A stretch of 64,000 nt of DNA from Eledone cirrhosa (GCA_964016885.1 OZ024741.1:15438001-15502000), one strand, 5' to 3'. Positions 27,808 to 45,134 are shown, counted from the stretch's first letter. A program made the numbers and translations. Notes: generated from the letters alone by a model not told the origin.

Positions 27808-28790
27808 ATTTAAAATATATGATAAACACGAAATGTGTTTATATTGCAACAGACAAAGTTAGCCATTAATGAAATAAACTAAGGGCGGTGGATTGGCAGT
27901 ATCGGTAGAGGGTCGGACGCCATGCTTTCCAGCATAGTTACGTCCCTTTACGATCTGAGTTCAAATCCCGCCGAGGTTGACTTTGCCTTTCATCCTTACG
28001 GGGTCGATAAAATAAAGTACCAGTAATGCACTGGGTAATTGCTGGCCTTGTGCCAAAAGTAGAAACAATTAATGAAATAAACTAATTAAAGTAAATACAA
28101 TTTGTCTGTCTCGATATAAGTCAATAAAGACAAGCTTATATTGGCAACGGCCATGATTCCTGGACATATTTAAATTTCGAAATTCAAACCTGTTCTGTAG
28201 ACGAATTTGAACCCCAAAACCCAAATAAGTTTCGCAACGGTGGAATGTGAATTGAAAAATAAAGAGAATCGAAATGGAGTTGAAATAAAAGAGTGAAATA
28301 CCCAAATCTACTGTGCTTATCAACAGGAATCCAGTAAAATTAGTCTATCTCACATCAAAAATTTTTGATGTGAGATAGACTAATTTTACTGGATTCCTGT
28401 TGATAAGCACAGTAGATTTGGGTATTTCACTCTTTTATTTCAACTCCATTTCGATTCTCTTTATTTTTCAATTCACATTCCACCGTTGCGAAACTTATTT
28501 GGGTTTCGGGTTCAAATTCGTCTACAGAACAGGTTTGAATTTCGAAATTTAAATATGTCCAGGAATCATGGCCGTTGCCAATATAAGCTTGTCTTTATTG
28601 ACTTATATCGAGACAGACAAATTGTATTTACTTTAATTAGTTTATTTCATTAATGGCTAACTTTGTCTGTTGCAATATAAACACATTTCGTGTTTATCAT
28701 ATATTTTAAATGTAACTGCTCGGAAGAGTCCCTTCCTGGAGCTTAATTATTGTAAACGACTGAGAGTTTATTCTCAAAATATAATATAAT
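27808..28790. mobile_element. Large spacerless palindrome (about 350-bp arms, centre 28361/28362) plus tail, in (TA)n
   Basis: 28362-28711 is the near-perfect reverse complement of 27808-28361 once the SINE is removed. Confidence 0.9.
27883..28067 (+). mobile_element. Full-length tRNA-derived SINE S1 with 18-bp TSD
   Basis: A box TGGCAGTATCGG, B box GAGTTCAAATCC, central GCCTTTCATCCTTACGGGGTCGATAAAATAAAGTACCAG (resembles the MetaSINE domain); TSD ATTAATGAAATAAACTAA at 27865-27882 and 28068-28085. Confidence 0.93.
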
Positions 28791-29168
28791 ATATATATAT
28801 ATATATATTTAAAGGTTAAACAAGGTTCAATGAATTCCTCTGTATCTCTCTCTCTCTGTAATCAACTCTCTTTTGTTTTCTAGGCTCCTACTATCTATAT
28901 TATCCCCTCATCTGTTCCTTCCTCTATGCCTTTCTTTTCTTTCCTCTTTCTTCAGTAATTTAAATTATTTGGATCTTTAACAGTTTTATTGCTGCCATGT
29001 ATTCTTTTAACCTTTCTCACACGCACCCTCTCTATTATATGTATTATATGTGGGTTTTTTCATGTTTTCAATATTAAGGTATATAAATATTGAGTTTTGT
29101 CGTATTTTACTCACTACCATGACTGAATCTTAACCATCTACTATGTCAGGGTATGTCATGCATCATCT

Positions 29169-29235
29169 TATTTTATCTGATGAGGACGTACTGTTGAAGT
29201 TAACTCAGTACCTCTGAAATATGTATAATAAAATA
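29169..29235 (+). ncRNA. Type-I hammerhead ribozyme (family B), predicted cleavage after AUA (29227)
   Basis: TATTTTAT-CTGATGA-GGACGTACTG...CAGTACCTCT-GAAA-TATGTATA-ATAAAATA. Confidence 0.78.
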
Positions 29236-29276
29236 TACTTGATCACAAGAATATCTATTTTGTCAATATTTTGTAT

Positions 29277-29314
<38 letters not shown>

Positions 29315-29439
29315 ATATATATTGTATATATACGAAATGTAGTTTAAGTTTTGCTTACAACAGAAATCAATAGAAATGAGAATGGATCCGTATTGGAATA
29401 TTATGCGGCAAGGAATCTATTAAAAGACACCGGGACAAT

Positions 29440-29901
29440 GCAGTGCTGAGGGAGGGGGAGAAGAGGATGTAGCGGTGTGGGAGGAGGTGTAGTAGTAGTG
29501 ATGCTGGTGATGGTGGTAATGTAGCAGTTGTGGTGACGTAGCTGTGATGGTGGTGGTGGTGATGTTGCAGTTGTAATGTAGTGGTGGTGGCCGTCGTGCT
29601 GGTATTAGTGGAACTGTAGCAGTGGTGGGGGAGGAGGTTTAATAGTGGTGGTGGTGTTGGTGGTGGTAGTGGTTGAGGAGGTGTAGTAGTGGTGGTGGTG
29701 GTAGGGAGGAAATTGAAAAGGAAGCAGAGATAGATATAGAGTGAGAGGGAGTTAGGAGGATGTTGGACGAAGAGGAGGGGGATGAGGAGGAAGAGGAGGA
29801 GGAGGAGAAAGAAGAAGAGAAAGGAGAGAAAGACGAGGAATAGGAAGAGGAGAAGGAACAAGAAAGGGAAAGGAGGAAGAGGGGATGGGGAGGAAGAGGG
29901 G

Positions 29902-29932
<31 letters not shown>

Positions 29933-30200
29933 AATGAGGAGGAGGAGGAGGAGGAGGAAGAGGCGAAAGAAGAAGTGAAAGAAGGGGTGGAGGAAGAGAA
30001 GGAGAGAGGAGGAAGAGGGAGGAGTACGAAGAAGGGGAGAAAGGAGAGAAAGAAAGAGAGAAGGAATGGGAGATGTAGGAGAAGACAAAGTGATGGGAGG
30101 ACGAGGAGGAGAAAGAAGGGAAGAAAGGAGGGGGAGTAGGAGAAGTAGAGGACAGAGGATTGAAGAGAGAGATAGAGGGAGGGTGGTGAGGGGGAGGGAA
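29440..30200. repeat. GGT/GGA/GAT-rich low complexity
   Basis: Direct inspection. Confidence 0.85.
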
Positions 30201-30257
30201 ACATATCGATAACTTACAAATAGTAAAGGAAACAAATCATTTCATTATCATCCGCCC

Positions 30258-31650
<1,393 letters not shown>

Positions 31651-33278
31651 TGGTGTAAGATGTCGAACAATAATTTCGGTTTGCTGAGAAGGGTTTTGTT
31701 GTTAATCTCCGAAAAAACAATCACATATTGCTACGGCTGTTGGTTGATTCCTGAGGCATATCTGTCTCTCAATTTATCTATCCATCTCTCTCTCTCCCTC
31801 TTTCTCTCTCTCTCTCTCTCTCTCTCTTCCTCTCTCGCTCTCTCTCTCTTTCTCTCTCTCATATATATATATAATGTGTGTGTGTATCTATATAGTTAGA
31901 TAGATAGATAATCCAAGGTTCTATATAAAATATCTAATAAAACCGGCCATCTTGGCATCTCGCAAAATTGCTATCACTTCTGAGGTTGTTTTGTAAGTAT
32001 GATGGATTCACGCGAACCTAATATTTTGAATTACACACACTCACACACACACACGCCCCCATACATACATACATACATACATACATACATACATACATAC
32101 ATACATGCATACATGCATATATATATATATATGTGTGTGTAGTGATGAAATGTTTTCTGCAAAGCCCTCGTCTCGGTTCCATGTTTAGCACCTCCTCAGA
32201 TAAGATAGGTCCATAAACATGAAATATGAGATAAAAAACTTCATTTCGTCGAGATTATCTTTGCATTTCCATGACATTTACCCCAACTTTTAGGAAAACA
32301 AGGACAATTAAATTGAGAATGAATATATGCACGTTCATATGTATATGTGCCCGTGTGTTTGCCAGTGTATGTATATACGCCTGTGTGTTTATACACACAC
32401 GCCAGAATGTATCGTCTGATTTCAGTCAAAGTTAGCCACTAATCGCTGCCACAATAAAAGCCTAATTATTAACTCAATTTGAATCATTAATACGATGGGA
32501 ATGTAAAATTTACAATAATTTCATAATAACTTTTAGTTAATTGTAGTTTAATTTGATCAAACTGTCCAAATTGTGCCCTATTCTGATCGATACATGTTTG
32601 TAATCGATTTTATGTATAATTGGGAGAAATGATAACGATTAATTATTTAATAACGACTTGTTGTAACATTTAATCGAACTTGGGTGAAACATACACTATA
32701 TGTTTGTGTGTTGTGTGTTGTGTGGTTGGTTGTGTGTGTGTGTGTGTGTGTGATTGATTGTTTGTGTGTGTGTTGTGTGTGTGTGTGATTGTTTGTGTGT
32801 GTGCATGTGTGTTGTGTGTGTATAGTTGTTTGTATGTGTGTATGTTGTGTGTTGTGTGTGTGTGTGATTGTTTGTGTATGTTTGTATGTGTGTGATTGTT
32901 TGTGTGCGTGTGTGCGTTGTGTGTTGTGTGTGTGTGGTTGTTTGTGTATGTGTTGTGTGTGTGTATAATTGATTGTGTGTGTCGTGTGTATGAGTGATTC
33001 TTCGTGTGTGTGAGTGTTGTGTGTATGATTGATGTGTGTGTGTGTTGTATAATTGTTTGTGTATGTATGTTGTTTGTGTGTTAGTGTTTGTGTGTGTGTT
33101 ATGTGTGTGTATGATCGTTTGTGTGTGTGTATGTGTGCGTGCTTGTGAAATTATACATACATATATAAATAAATACGCATACATATTTATAAATAAATAC
33201 ATATATATTTATAAATAAATACATATATATAAATAAATACACATACATATTTATATACGTGTGTGTGTTTGTACACAC

Positions 33279-33309
<31 letters not shown>

Positions 33310-33388
33310 TGTATATAGGGCGGGTAAAATCCCCGAGAAAAAAAAAATATATATATACATATATATGAATACACACACACGCACTCAT

Positions 33389-33439
<51 letters not shown>

Positions 33440-33619
33440 AAAAAGTATGACCCCGACGGCAGAGCTCAAGCCGTTTCGACGGCTATTTCTGGACTTTTCT
33501 GAATATTTCCCACTCTACTATCCTAAGTGTTGAGTACTCTGGTGCGTTATGGTCCATCTGGTATATATATATATATAACGAAGTCAACGAATGTGAACAC
33601 CATTCCCCTCTTTCCCACG

Positions 33620-33689
<70 letters not shown>

Positions 33690-33692
<3 letters not shown>

Positions 33693-33850
33693 CTGAAGAT
33701 TGCGAAAGCATGAAAGTACTTGTTCAATTAACACTTAGAATTTAATATTCTATCATACTATTTCATTATAATACCATTATATATATTTTAAAGGATTGTA
33801 AATAAAACGAGTAAATCAGACAAAGTTGGAATTCCTCTTATTAATATAAT
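33690..33850 (+). mobile_element. Single truncated family K copy starting inside HHR helix I (HHR 33690-33724)
   Basis: Matches 37581-37738. Confidence 0.8.
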
Positions 33851-33893
33851 CTTCTATACACAATCATACACACTCGTGTATATTTACCTATCT

Positions 33894-33956
<63 letters not shown>

Positions 33957-34457
33957 GTATTAGGATTGGTGCTCTGAAATAGCAATGTATACATGAATGT
34001 ATGTATAGTATATTTGGCAATATACCGTATGTTTAATTAAAAACATTTAGAAGACCTTACGCTATCAGGTTTTAAGCAGTGACTATGTCACTTACTTTTC
34101 GGCGGTCTATCTATCTCTCGTTCTCTATCTCTCTCTATATCTATGTATCTATCTCTGCTATTTGATTCAAAGATCTATCATTGTTACCTGCGGATTTGAC
34201 ATAAAATTGTGCTATGGCAGCAGGTTCAATAACGGAATCTGATTTAGTTGAGGGAACAACTAGATATTCGTAGGCTTCAACCATAAAATATCCACCTTAT
34301 AAGAATAACAATTGTTCAACAAAAGACTTTTTCTATTTACTAGAAACGAACTCCATGAAAAATTTTCATAAAATTTTATCGAATGTTTTCCAAAGATTTT
34401 GCCTAAAAACAACATATAATGTATATATATATATATATAAATATATATGTGTGTATG

Positions 34458-34548
<91 letters not shown>

Positions 34549-34580
34549 AGTGTGTGTGTGTATGTATATATATATATATA

Positions 34581-34796
<216 letters not shown>

Positions 34797-34939
34797 AAGG
34801 TTAAACGAGGTTCAATGAATAAATCAAAGAATGAGTTATTCAATAGATTGGAAGCACTCAACAAGAAAAAGGGTTTTCCGGAGTTATTATTATTAATTCA
34901 AAATATTAACAAAAATAGACAATTCTTGTGATCAAGTAG

Positions 34940-34999
34940 ATTTCATTATACATATTTCAGAGGTACTGAGCCAATAGTACGCCCTCATCAGATAAAATA
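34940..34999 (-). ncRNA. Type-I hammerhead ribozyme (family B, second copy, within element about 34793-35051)
   Basis: Minus strand ATTTTAT-CTGATGA-GGGCGTACT attggctc AGTACCTCT-GAAA-TATGTATA-ATGAAAT. Confidence 0.75.
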
Positions 35000-35224
35000 A
35001 GATGATGCATGACATACCCTGACATAGTAGATGGTTAAAATTCAGTCATGATATATATATATATATAGTGCTGGGCCCATGGTACCATGTGACGACAAGT
35101 GCAGAGAGATCTCCAGATATAAAGCAATGCCTGTGCCGTGAAGCTTTTATAGTGAGCAAAGGCACTGCACAAAGCCAGTCCCACTCTCTTAACCAAGATG
35201 ATATATATATATACACACATATAT

Positions 35225-35292
<68 letters not shown>

Positions 35293-35567
35293 CGAAAGCA
35301 GCGATTCTTTGCTTATTTAATAAATATATATATATGTGCATATATATATATGTATATATATATGTATATATATAACGAAGGAAATGTAGTAAGGAACCAG
35401 GTGGACCATAACGCACCAAAGTACTCAATACTTAGGGTAGTAGAGTGGGTAATAGGAACAAGTAAGACCCCGACGGCTGAGCTAAAGCCGTTTCGACGGC
35501 TAATTCTCAATGAATTAGCAGTCGAAACGGCTTGAGCTCAGCCGTCGGGGTCTTACTTGTTCCTATG

Positions 35568-35618
<51 letters not shown>

Positions 35619-35665
35619 TTATTAAAATAACAGATTAAAGTTTAAGCAAAGAATCGCTGCTTTCG

Positions 35666-36192
<527 letters not shown>

Positions 36193-36725
36193 ATATAGGG
36201 CGAAAGCAGCGATTCTTTTTTATTTTAATAAATATATATATATATATATAAAGAGAGAGAGAGAGAGAGACGGAGGGAGAGAGAGAGAGAGAGAGAGAGC
36301 GGGAGAGATGTATATTGGTATAAATAGATACATTTATATTTGTATATATAAATATATATAAATATATATATATTTAATATAGAAAGGCTTCTACGGGACT
36401 AAAAATGTTTCATTCGGGAGAAATCATCATATTGACTACCTTACTTACTGTGGTTACCCCCAATTGAACTCGGGATAAACTTATCTTAAATATATATATA
36501 TGTATATATATATGTATAAATATATATATATAACGTTTTTCTTTTCCATTTCAGGTAGACGTGCTCCATCATCCACTTTTCTAAAGAAATATATCATACA
36601 CAAAACGCCAGCACCAACAGTTTTGCAAGAGATGTCAACATGAATGAACCTGTTATTTTTATCTAAAGACATTTTTTCCAATTCCATCCCGCCCGTCCCC
36701 TCAATCTATTTTATTTCTCATTCTT

Positions 36726-36761
36726 TCTTTTGATGAAGGACTAGCGTCCGAAACGTTAAGA
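36726..36761 (+). ncRNA. Minimal hammerhead ribozyme (family I), C3U
   Basis: TCTT-TTGATGA-A-GGAC tagc GTCC-GAAA-CGTT-AAGA; a truncated relative starts near 4947 (GTCCGAAAC...). Confidence 0.7.
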
Positions 36762-36889
36762 CCCTCTTCCGGCTATATCAAGCGTTAACCTAATATATAT
36801 ATACCTTCCATATACTGTACCGATTGTGTTGTTATTTCTGTTTACCTTTTACATACATATATAATTATGTTCCTTATAACCATGTCCAT

Positions 36890-36932
36890 TACGAGCTGAG
36901 GATCCGCTAAGCTGAAACAATTGTTCTCGGTA
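36890..36932 (+). ncRNA. Minimal hammerhead ribozyme (family J), weak helix II
   Basis: TACGAG-CTGAGGA-TCCGCTAAGCT-GAAA-CAATTGTT-CTCGGTA; palindromic helix III AACAATTGTT. Confidence 0.65.
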
Positions 36933-37018
36933 TGGTGAAGTAACTGTTGTGTAACCACCTAACTCGTCCTTTGAACTGAGTGCTCTACCACTATGGATAT
37001 TACCTCCCAGTGTTCTAC

Positions 37019-37103
<85 letters not shown>

Positions 37104-37133
37104 TCGTTGTATATGTATATATATACATATATA

Positions 37134-37261
<128 letters not shown>

Positions 37262-37312
37262 TATATAGATAGGTAAATATACACGGGTGTGTATGATTGT
37301 GTATAGAAGATT

Positions 37313-37738
37313 ATATTAATAAGAGGAATTCCAACTTTGTCTGATTTACTCGTTTTATTTACAATCTCGTTTTATTTACAATCCAACTGTGTTGAAAATT
37401 GCAAACTCGACTGTCACCACATATCATGAACCTGAAGATTGCGAAAGCATGAAAGTACTTGTTCAAGTTGAAAATTGCAAACTCGACTGTCACCACATAT
37501 CATGAACCTGAAGATTGCGAAAGCATGAAAGTACTTGTTCAAGTTGAAAATTGCAAACTCGACTGTCACCACATATCATGAACCTGAAGATTGCGAAAGC
37601 ATGAAAGTACTTGTTCAATTAACACTTAGAATTTAATATTCTATCATACTATTTCATTATAATACCATTATATATATTTTAAAGGATTGTAAATAAAACG
37701 AGTAAATCAGACAAAGTTGGAATTCCTTTTATTAATAT
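37313..37738 (+). mobile_element. Family K element: short inverted arm, three exact 76-bp units (37391-37618) and 3' region
   Basis: Units start at 37391, 37467 and 37543; 37313-37364 is the reverse complement of about 37686-37737. Confidence 0.88.
37427..37617 (+). ncRNA. Three tandem minimal hammerhead ribozymes (37427-37465, 37503-37541, 37579-37617)
   Basis: TGAAC-CTGAAGA-TTGC gaaa GCAT-GAAA-GTACTT-GTTCA; palindromic helix III AAGTACTT; CUU triplet. Confidence 0.83.
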
Positions 37739-37759
37739 ATATATATATATACATATATA

Positions 37760-37830
<71 letters not shown>

Positions 37831-38353
37831 CTGTGTGTGTGTGTATTCGTATATGACGTATATATAACAGGTACAACAAATATGTATGTATTAATATATA
37901 TTAGATACTACTAATAATGAGATATATTGTGATGGAACTATTGCTGACAAATAGAATCCCACTGTAAATATGGTTGCTTGATTCATGCATTATCTTGAAA
38001 TGTGACTACACAATTACTAAAGTCTCGTAGATTTCATCGTGACTGCAATAATGGCGTTGCTTAATATCTCATGTTCATCTATTAATGATTCTACCATTTT
38101 TAGAAATACAACCCTTATGTCTTTTAACTCTACAAACTATTTCACTATATTACTACATGTATAAATAAAGAAATATATATTACTACATGTATATACCTAC
38201 CTATATTTATAAGTATGTGTCTATAGATATGTGTATAGATGTGTGTCTCTATTTACATATACAGACACACACACACATGTATTCATATATATGCATGTGT
38301 TCATAGATGCGTATATATATATACGTGTATAAATACATGTATTTATATATATG

Positions 38354-38417
<64 letters not shown>

Positions 38418-38451
38418 TATACATGGATTCATATATGTGTATAAATATATG

Positions 38452-38532
<81 letters not shown>

Positions 38533-38588
38533 TCATATGTTTGTGTATCTATGAATGTTTGTATGTATATTCTTACATACATATATAT

Positions 38589-38645
<57 letters not shown>

Positions 38646-38882
38646 TATATATATATATATATATAGTAATAATAATAAATTTGAAGACTAAAATCCAAAG
38701 AGGGCTCGATAAGGATAAATATATATCAGATATATAAGAACCGTAGAGCAAATATTTATTAAAATAACAGATTAAAGTTTAAGCAAAGTTAGAGTTTCAG
38801 AAGATCCCGTTAAGCGTGAAAGCAGCGATTCTTTGCTTAAACTTTAATCTGTTATTTTAATAAATATATATATATATATACA

Positions 38883-38941
<59 letters not shown>

Positions 38942-39099
38942 TGATTGTATCTACGTCAAACCGTGTAGGAATAGATTCCCTGAGAAGATTTAATTAAATC
39001 CAAACGTGTCTGTTGCTTTTCAAAGTTGTGATATTTATATTGTAATATGTGTGTGTCTAATTATGATATATACACATACATATATGCATATATATATAC

Positions 39100-39187
<88 letters not shown>

Positions 39188-39381
39188 GTTATTCCGGGTT
39201 GAATCGGAGGTAACCACAGTAAGTAAGGTACTCAATACATAGCAGAGTATAACAGTTTTAATATAGATGAGATTCTACAGGACTAGAACTGTTTCATTCA
39301 TTAGAAATCATCATGATTTCTAATGAATGAAACAGTTCTAGTCCTGTAGAATCTCATCTATATTAAAACTGTTATACTCTG

Positions 39382-39417
<36 letters not shown>

Positions 39418-39639
39418 ATACTTTGGGAGGGTCATGTTGCCAATAAGAAACACACGCACCAGTTGCTTTCACTTCAATTTATTATAACAAATTTATAAAT
39501 TTAGGAATTTATAAATTTATAATTTATAAATTTCTGGTTGATTGGTTGGTTCCACAACCAGATAGTTGTTTTCCTTTCGCTATATGTCTCTCCACCACTC
39601 CCCTACACACCTTTTGAACTCTGTTCCCACACACTTCTC

Positions 39640-39671
39640 ACCTGAGGAAGGGCTTATGCCCGAAACGTCGT
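39640..39671 (+). ncRNA. Minimal hammerhead ribozyme (family I-like), predicted cleavage after GUC (39669)
   Basis: AC-CTGAGGA-A-GGGC ttat GCCC-GAAA-CGTC-GT; helix I is short; follows an inverted PLE1 end fragment (39412-39568). Confidence 0.72.
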
Positions 39672-39759
39672 CCCCCACCTACCCCCCACTCTCCTGAGCG
39701 TGAAATTAATAAACATTTATTGTACTGCCTCTCTGTTTTGTCCCTGTTCAAATTTTTCC

Positions 39760-39810
<51 letters not shown>

Positions 39811-40321
39811 TAGCGACGTCTTACAGATTTCAAAATATAATTATAGTCATTGGCGACGATGCTACACTATTGTTGTTGATGCTGCTGATGTTGTCGCTGT
39901 TGTTGTTTTTACTACGTCTCTCTCTCTCAAACATACACATACACTCTCCTTCTCTCACACCCACATACACACTCTCCCTTTCTCTTTCTCTTCTTTTTCT
40001 CTATTTCGCACTTTCTCTCCTAACCCTTGTCTCCCCCTCTCCCCTCCCGCTTCTCACCCCATCTCCCCTTCCGCTTCTCACCCCATTTTCTCTCCCTCTC
40101 GCTCCCTTCTCTCCACATTCTCCCACCCTCTCTTCACCATCTGTCCTTCCGTCTCCCACCCTCTCTCTTCTCCAATATGATATTTTCGCAGTGAGATACC
40201 AACGAAAGATTCAATATATTGGTACGTCAGGGGAGACTTCGATGACATTGGAACCGACATATATTGCTGGTTGAATATATTCACACACACACACACACGC
40301 ACACACACGCACACACGCACG

Positions 40322-40402
<81 letters not shown>

Positions 40403-40695
40403 GGATTCAATCATATATTATATAAAAATGTATATATGCTAATGTAGGCATGTAATGATATATATATATATATAAATACCGTATACTATAAAGCATATAC
40501 ATTTATTTACGAGCATATCTATATATATCTCTCTCTCTATATATATATATATGTATATGAGTGTATGTGTGTGTGCACATATATATGTATATACTCGCAA
40601 AGTATTTACACGATCACATAGCTATATATGATTATATATGTATATGCATATGATTAAATACATTAATATGTACACATATAAATTTTAAATCATAT

Positions 40696-40826
<131 letters not shown>

Positions 40827-40857
40827 TATATATATATATAACCATATATATATATTC

Positions 40858-40910
<53 letters not shown>

Positions 40911-40911
40911 T

Positions 40912-40953
<42 letters not shown>

Positions 40954-41429
40954 CTATATATATATATATGGATACTTGTCTGAATATATTTAGATTTCGT
41001 GAAAAAGAGAGAGAGAGGAGGGGCTAAGAATATGTGTGATAATGTCGGAAAGAGAGGGAGATGTGAGATAGAAAGGGAGAAGTTTGTGGAAAATCTATCA
41101 TGTGATATCAAAGTGTGAATAAATATATCTGGATACCGATATAACCACATTGTTGTAGTATTAATATCCTGTCTTTATTAATATTCATATGAAATCTTTT
41201 ACTATTCATAGCCTTCTATTGGATTTTCGAATTTGCATATACAGAATTCTTCTCTCCATCCCCTATATATATATATATATATGTATATATATTATTTATA
41301 TTTATATATATGTGTGTGTGTGTAGCTATATATATTTATACATATTTATTTATTTGTGTATATGTGTGTAGCTATGTATATATGTATGTGTGTATGTGTG
41401 GAGATATATAAATATGCCTGTGTGTGTAG

Positions 41430-41483
<54 letters not shown>

Positions 41484-41526
41484 ATTTGTGTATGTGTAGC
41501 TATATATATGTGTATATGTATGTGTA

Positions 41527-41613
<87 letters not shown>

Positions 41614-41788
41614 GTGTGCGTGAGTATATATACATATATTCATACATATATGTGTGTGTATATGTCTATGTATATTTCAACTTTACATATGTTACCAAAT
41701 TAGCATTCTTCTGCATGTGTGCAATGCGTAATATGCAATATGTACGAATATATTTATGTGTATATAATTGTGCATCTGTCTGTCTCTC

Positions 41789-41884
<96 letters not shown>

Positions 41885-41922
41885 ACATCTGTATATATAA
41901 TACATCTATCTATCTATCTATC

Positions 41923-41995
<73 letters not shown>

Positions 41996-42015
41996 GTATT
42001 ATATATATAGATGTG

Positions 42016-42061
<46 letters not shown>

Positions 42062-42629
42062 AAAAGAGAGCGAGAGAGAGCGGATAGATAGATATATCTA
42101 TACGTACACATACATACCCCACCCCCCACTACCACCACCACACACACACACAACCATATATATATATATTCGCATTTTATATATTTCTCCACGTTTTGAG
42201 TTCAAATCCCACCGGATTTATCTTTGCCTTTCATCCTTACAGAATTGATAAAATAATTCATCAGTAATGCACTGAGGTCGATTTAATCGATTTTCCCTGT
42301 CCTTTTAAATTGCTGAGCTTGTTCCAAAACTAGAAACAATATCAATGGTTATGTGGCTTCTGTCGTGTAATTTTTGCCGTTTTTCACGTGGTTCTGAAGA
42401 CTGTTATTGCCAAATGCTAAATATGACGCCTCACTGATACTCAGGAAAGATAGCCCCATAATATTTGGACCGTTGTCCTAAATATTGGTGTTTTTTATCA
42501 CGTACTACAGCCCTACAGTTTTGTTTTTAAATAGAGAACGCTTCCTCCCCTCCTTCCTCGTTCCAGGGCAGCAAAGATTCGCTAGGAAGAAAGCGAGCAA
42601 TGTGTAAATACTTCAGACGTTAGTTTAAA

Positions 42630-43292
42630 TAATTGTTTTTACTTTTGACACAAGGCCAGCAATTATCCCAGTGTATTACTGGTACTTTATTTTATCGACC
42701 CGATAAGGATGAAAGGCAAAGTTAACCTCGGCGGGATTTGAATCATTGTTTTGTGACCCTTACAGTCTCATCTTCAGATCTCTCTCTATCTCTCTCCCGT
42801 TTTATTTATTTCTATATATATCTACCTTTTTATATATGACTTTATATCTAACTGACTCTCTATCTGTCTATTCATCAGTCAAATAAGTGTTGAAATAAGA
42901 TAAATCTAGAAAAGAACTTAAATTGTGTTAACACAACAACAACAGCAACAATAATAATAATAACAACAACAGCAACAATAATAATAATAACAACAACAGC
43001 AACAATAATAATAATAACGGCAACAGCAACAATAATGATAATAACAACAACAGCAACAACAATAATAATAACAACAACAGCAACAACAATAATAATAACA
43101 GCAACAGCAACAATAATAATTGTTTATACTTTTGGCACAATGCCAGCAATTACTGGTACTTTATTTTATCTACCCCGTAAGGATGAAAGGCAAAGTTAAC
43201 CTCGGTGGGATTTGAACTCAGATCATAAAAAACCGTAACTCTTTGCTGCAAAGCATGGCGTTCGACCCTCTACAGATACTGCCAATCCACCA
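42630..43292 (-). mobile_element. Two SINE S1 copies (about 42630-42745 and 43118-43292) flanking an (AAC/AAT)n tract; diverged plus-strand copy near 42190-42340
   Basis: Similarity to 27883-28067. Confidence 0.8.
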
Positions 43293-43384
43293 ATGCCACC
43301 ACAACCTTCATTACAGAACAGCATCGCCAGTAACAACAAGGACAGATGCAACGGCGACAATAGAATAACAGGTACCCTCTAAAC

Positions 43385-43852
<468 letters not shown>

Positions 43853-43911
43853 GTCTAGATAGATGAGAAACAAAACGAGGATGTAGTTTATAGAACACCC
43901 AAATCATTTAG

Positions 43912-44365
43912 AAGTCGACCTTAAGTAGGAGCAATAACATTAAGAAAGATATGAACGACACCAGATCATTTTGTTTTGAAAATTTTGAAAGTAGATTAAT
44001 AAGTATGGATTTTCATAAGATTTTCGTAGCTGTCTCTGTGGCCTATCGGTAGGTGCTAGAGGCGGTAGGTATCCTGGCTTTGGGTTCAATCTTGGTCAAG
44101 AGGTGCATGTAATCTTTTCAATTTTTATTTTACATCCCATAGAAAAAAAAATGAAAAAATCTGACCGGTAGAAATACTCCCGACCAGGGTCGAACTTCAG
44201 ACAAGGATCACCAACGTCCTTGATTCTTCCAACTAGGACACCCAGACAGCTACTAAAATAGAATGAAAATTAATCATTATAAACCTACTTTCAAAATCAA
44301 AGTTCAAAAGATGTGGTGTCGTTCATGGCTTTCCTAGAGTTATTAGTCATATTTGGGGTCGACTT
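43912..44365. other. Old imperfect inverted-repeat element with two convergent tRNA-like (A/B box) modules
   Basis: Arms align (AAGTCGACC...ATGAACGACACCA...TTTTGAAAGTAG...GTAGCTGTCT); tRNA-like modules near 44031-44103 (+) and 44177-44248 (-). Confidence 0.65.
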
Positions 44366-44454
44366 GTCAACCTTCTGACTTTTTGTAACAATCTTATTAT
44401 TCTTGTGTGTTTAACTGTTGAATTAATTTAATTTGATTATTTTAACAAACAAAT

Positions 44455-44491
<37 letters not shown>

Positions 44492-44524
44492 TTCGTTTCT
44501 GGCAACATGACCCTCCCAAAGTAT

Positions 44525-44561
<37 letters not shown>

Positions 44562-44582
44562 TAAACGGAATAGAAAATGCTG

Positions 44583-44626
<44 letters not shown>

Positions 44627-44645
44627 CATGTTCTGGCAACATATA

Positions 44646-44706
<61 letters not shown>

Positions 44707-44711
<5 letters not shown>

Positions 44712-45134
44712 TAAACGGAATAGAAAATGCTGACAAATTGTTCACAGTTGAAAAATGGTTTAATTAGGAATAAAAGAGTATTAGTGATTGTATGGGTTAG
44801 TATTCAGTTGTGGTTTTAAGTTTTTAAGTTTTTACCGGTTGCGCATTTCTAAATGCTTTTCAAAAATAATTTTGAGATAGAGTGTCCGTGCTGTTTGCTC
44901 AGATCAGAGCAAACAACACGGACACTCTATCTCAAAATTATTTTTGAAAAGCATTTAGAAATGCGCAACCGGTAAAAACTTAAAAACTTAAAACCACAAC
45001 TGAATACTAACCCATACAATCACTAATACTCTTTTATTCCTAATTAAACCATTTTTCAACTGTGAACAATTTGTCAGCATTTTCTATTCCGTTTACCAAT
45101 ATATCATAACTTGTGTGTTACACCTCTATTCTTT

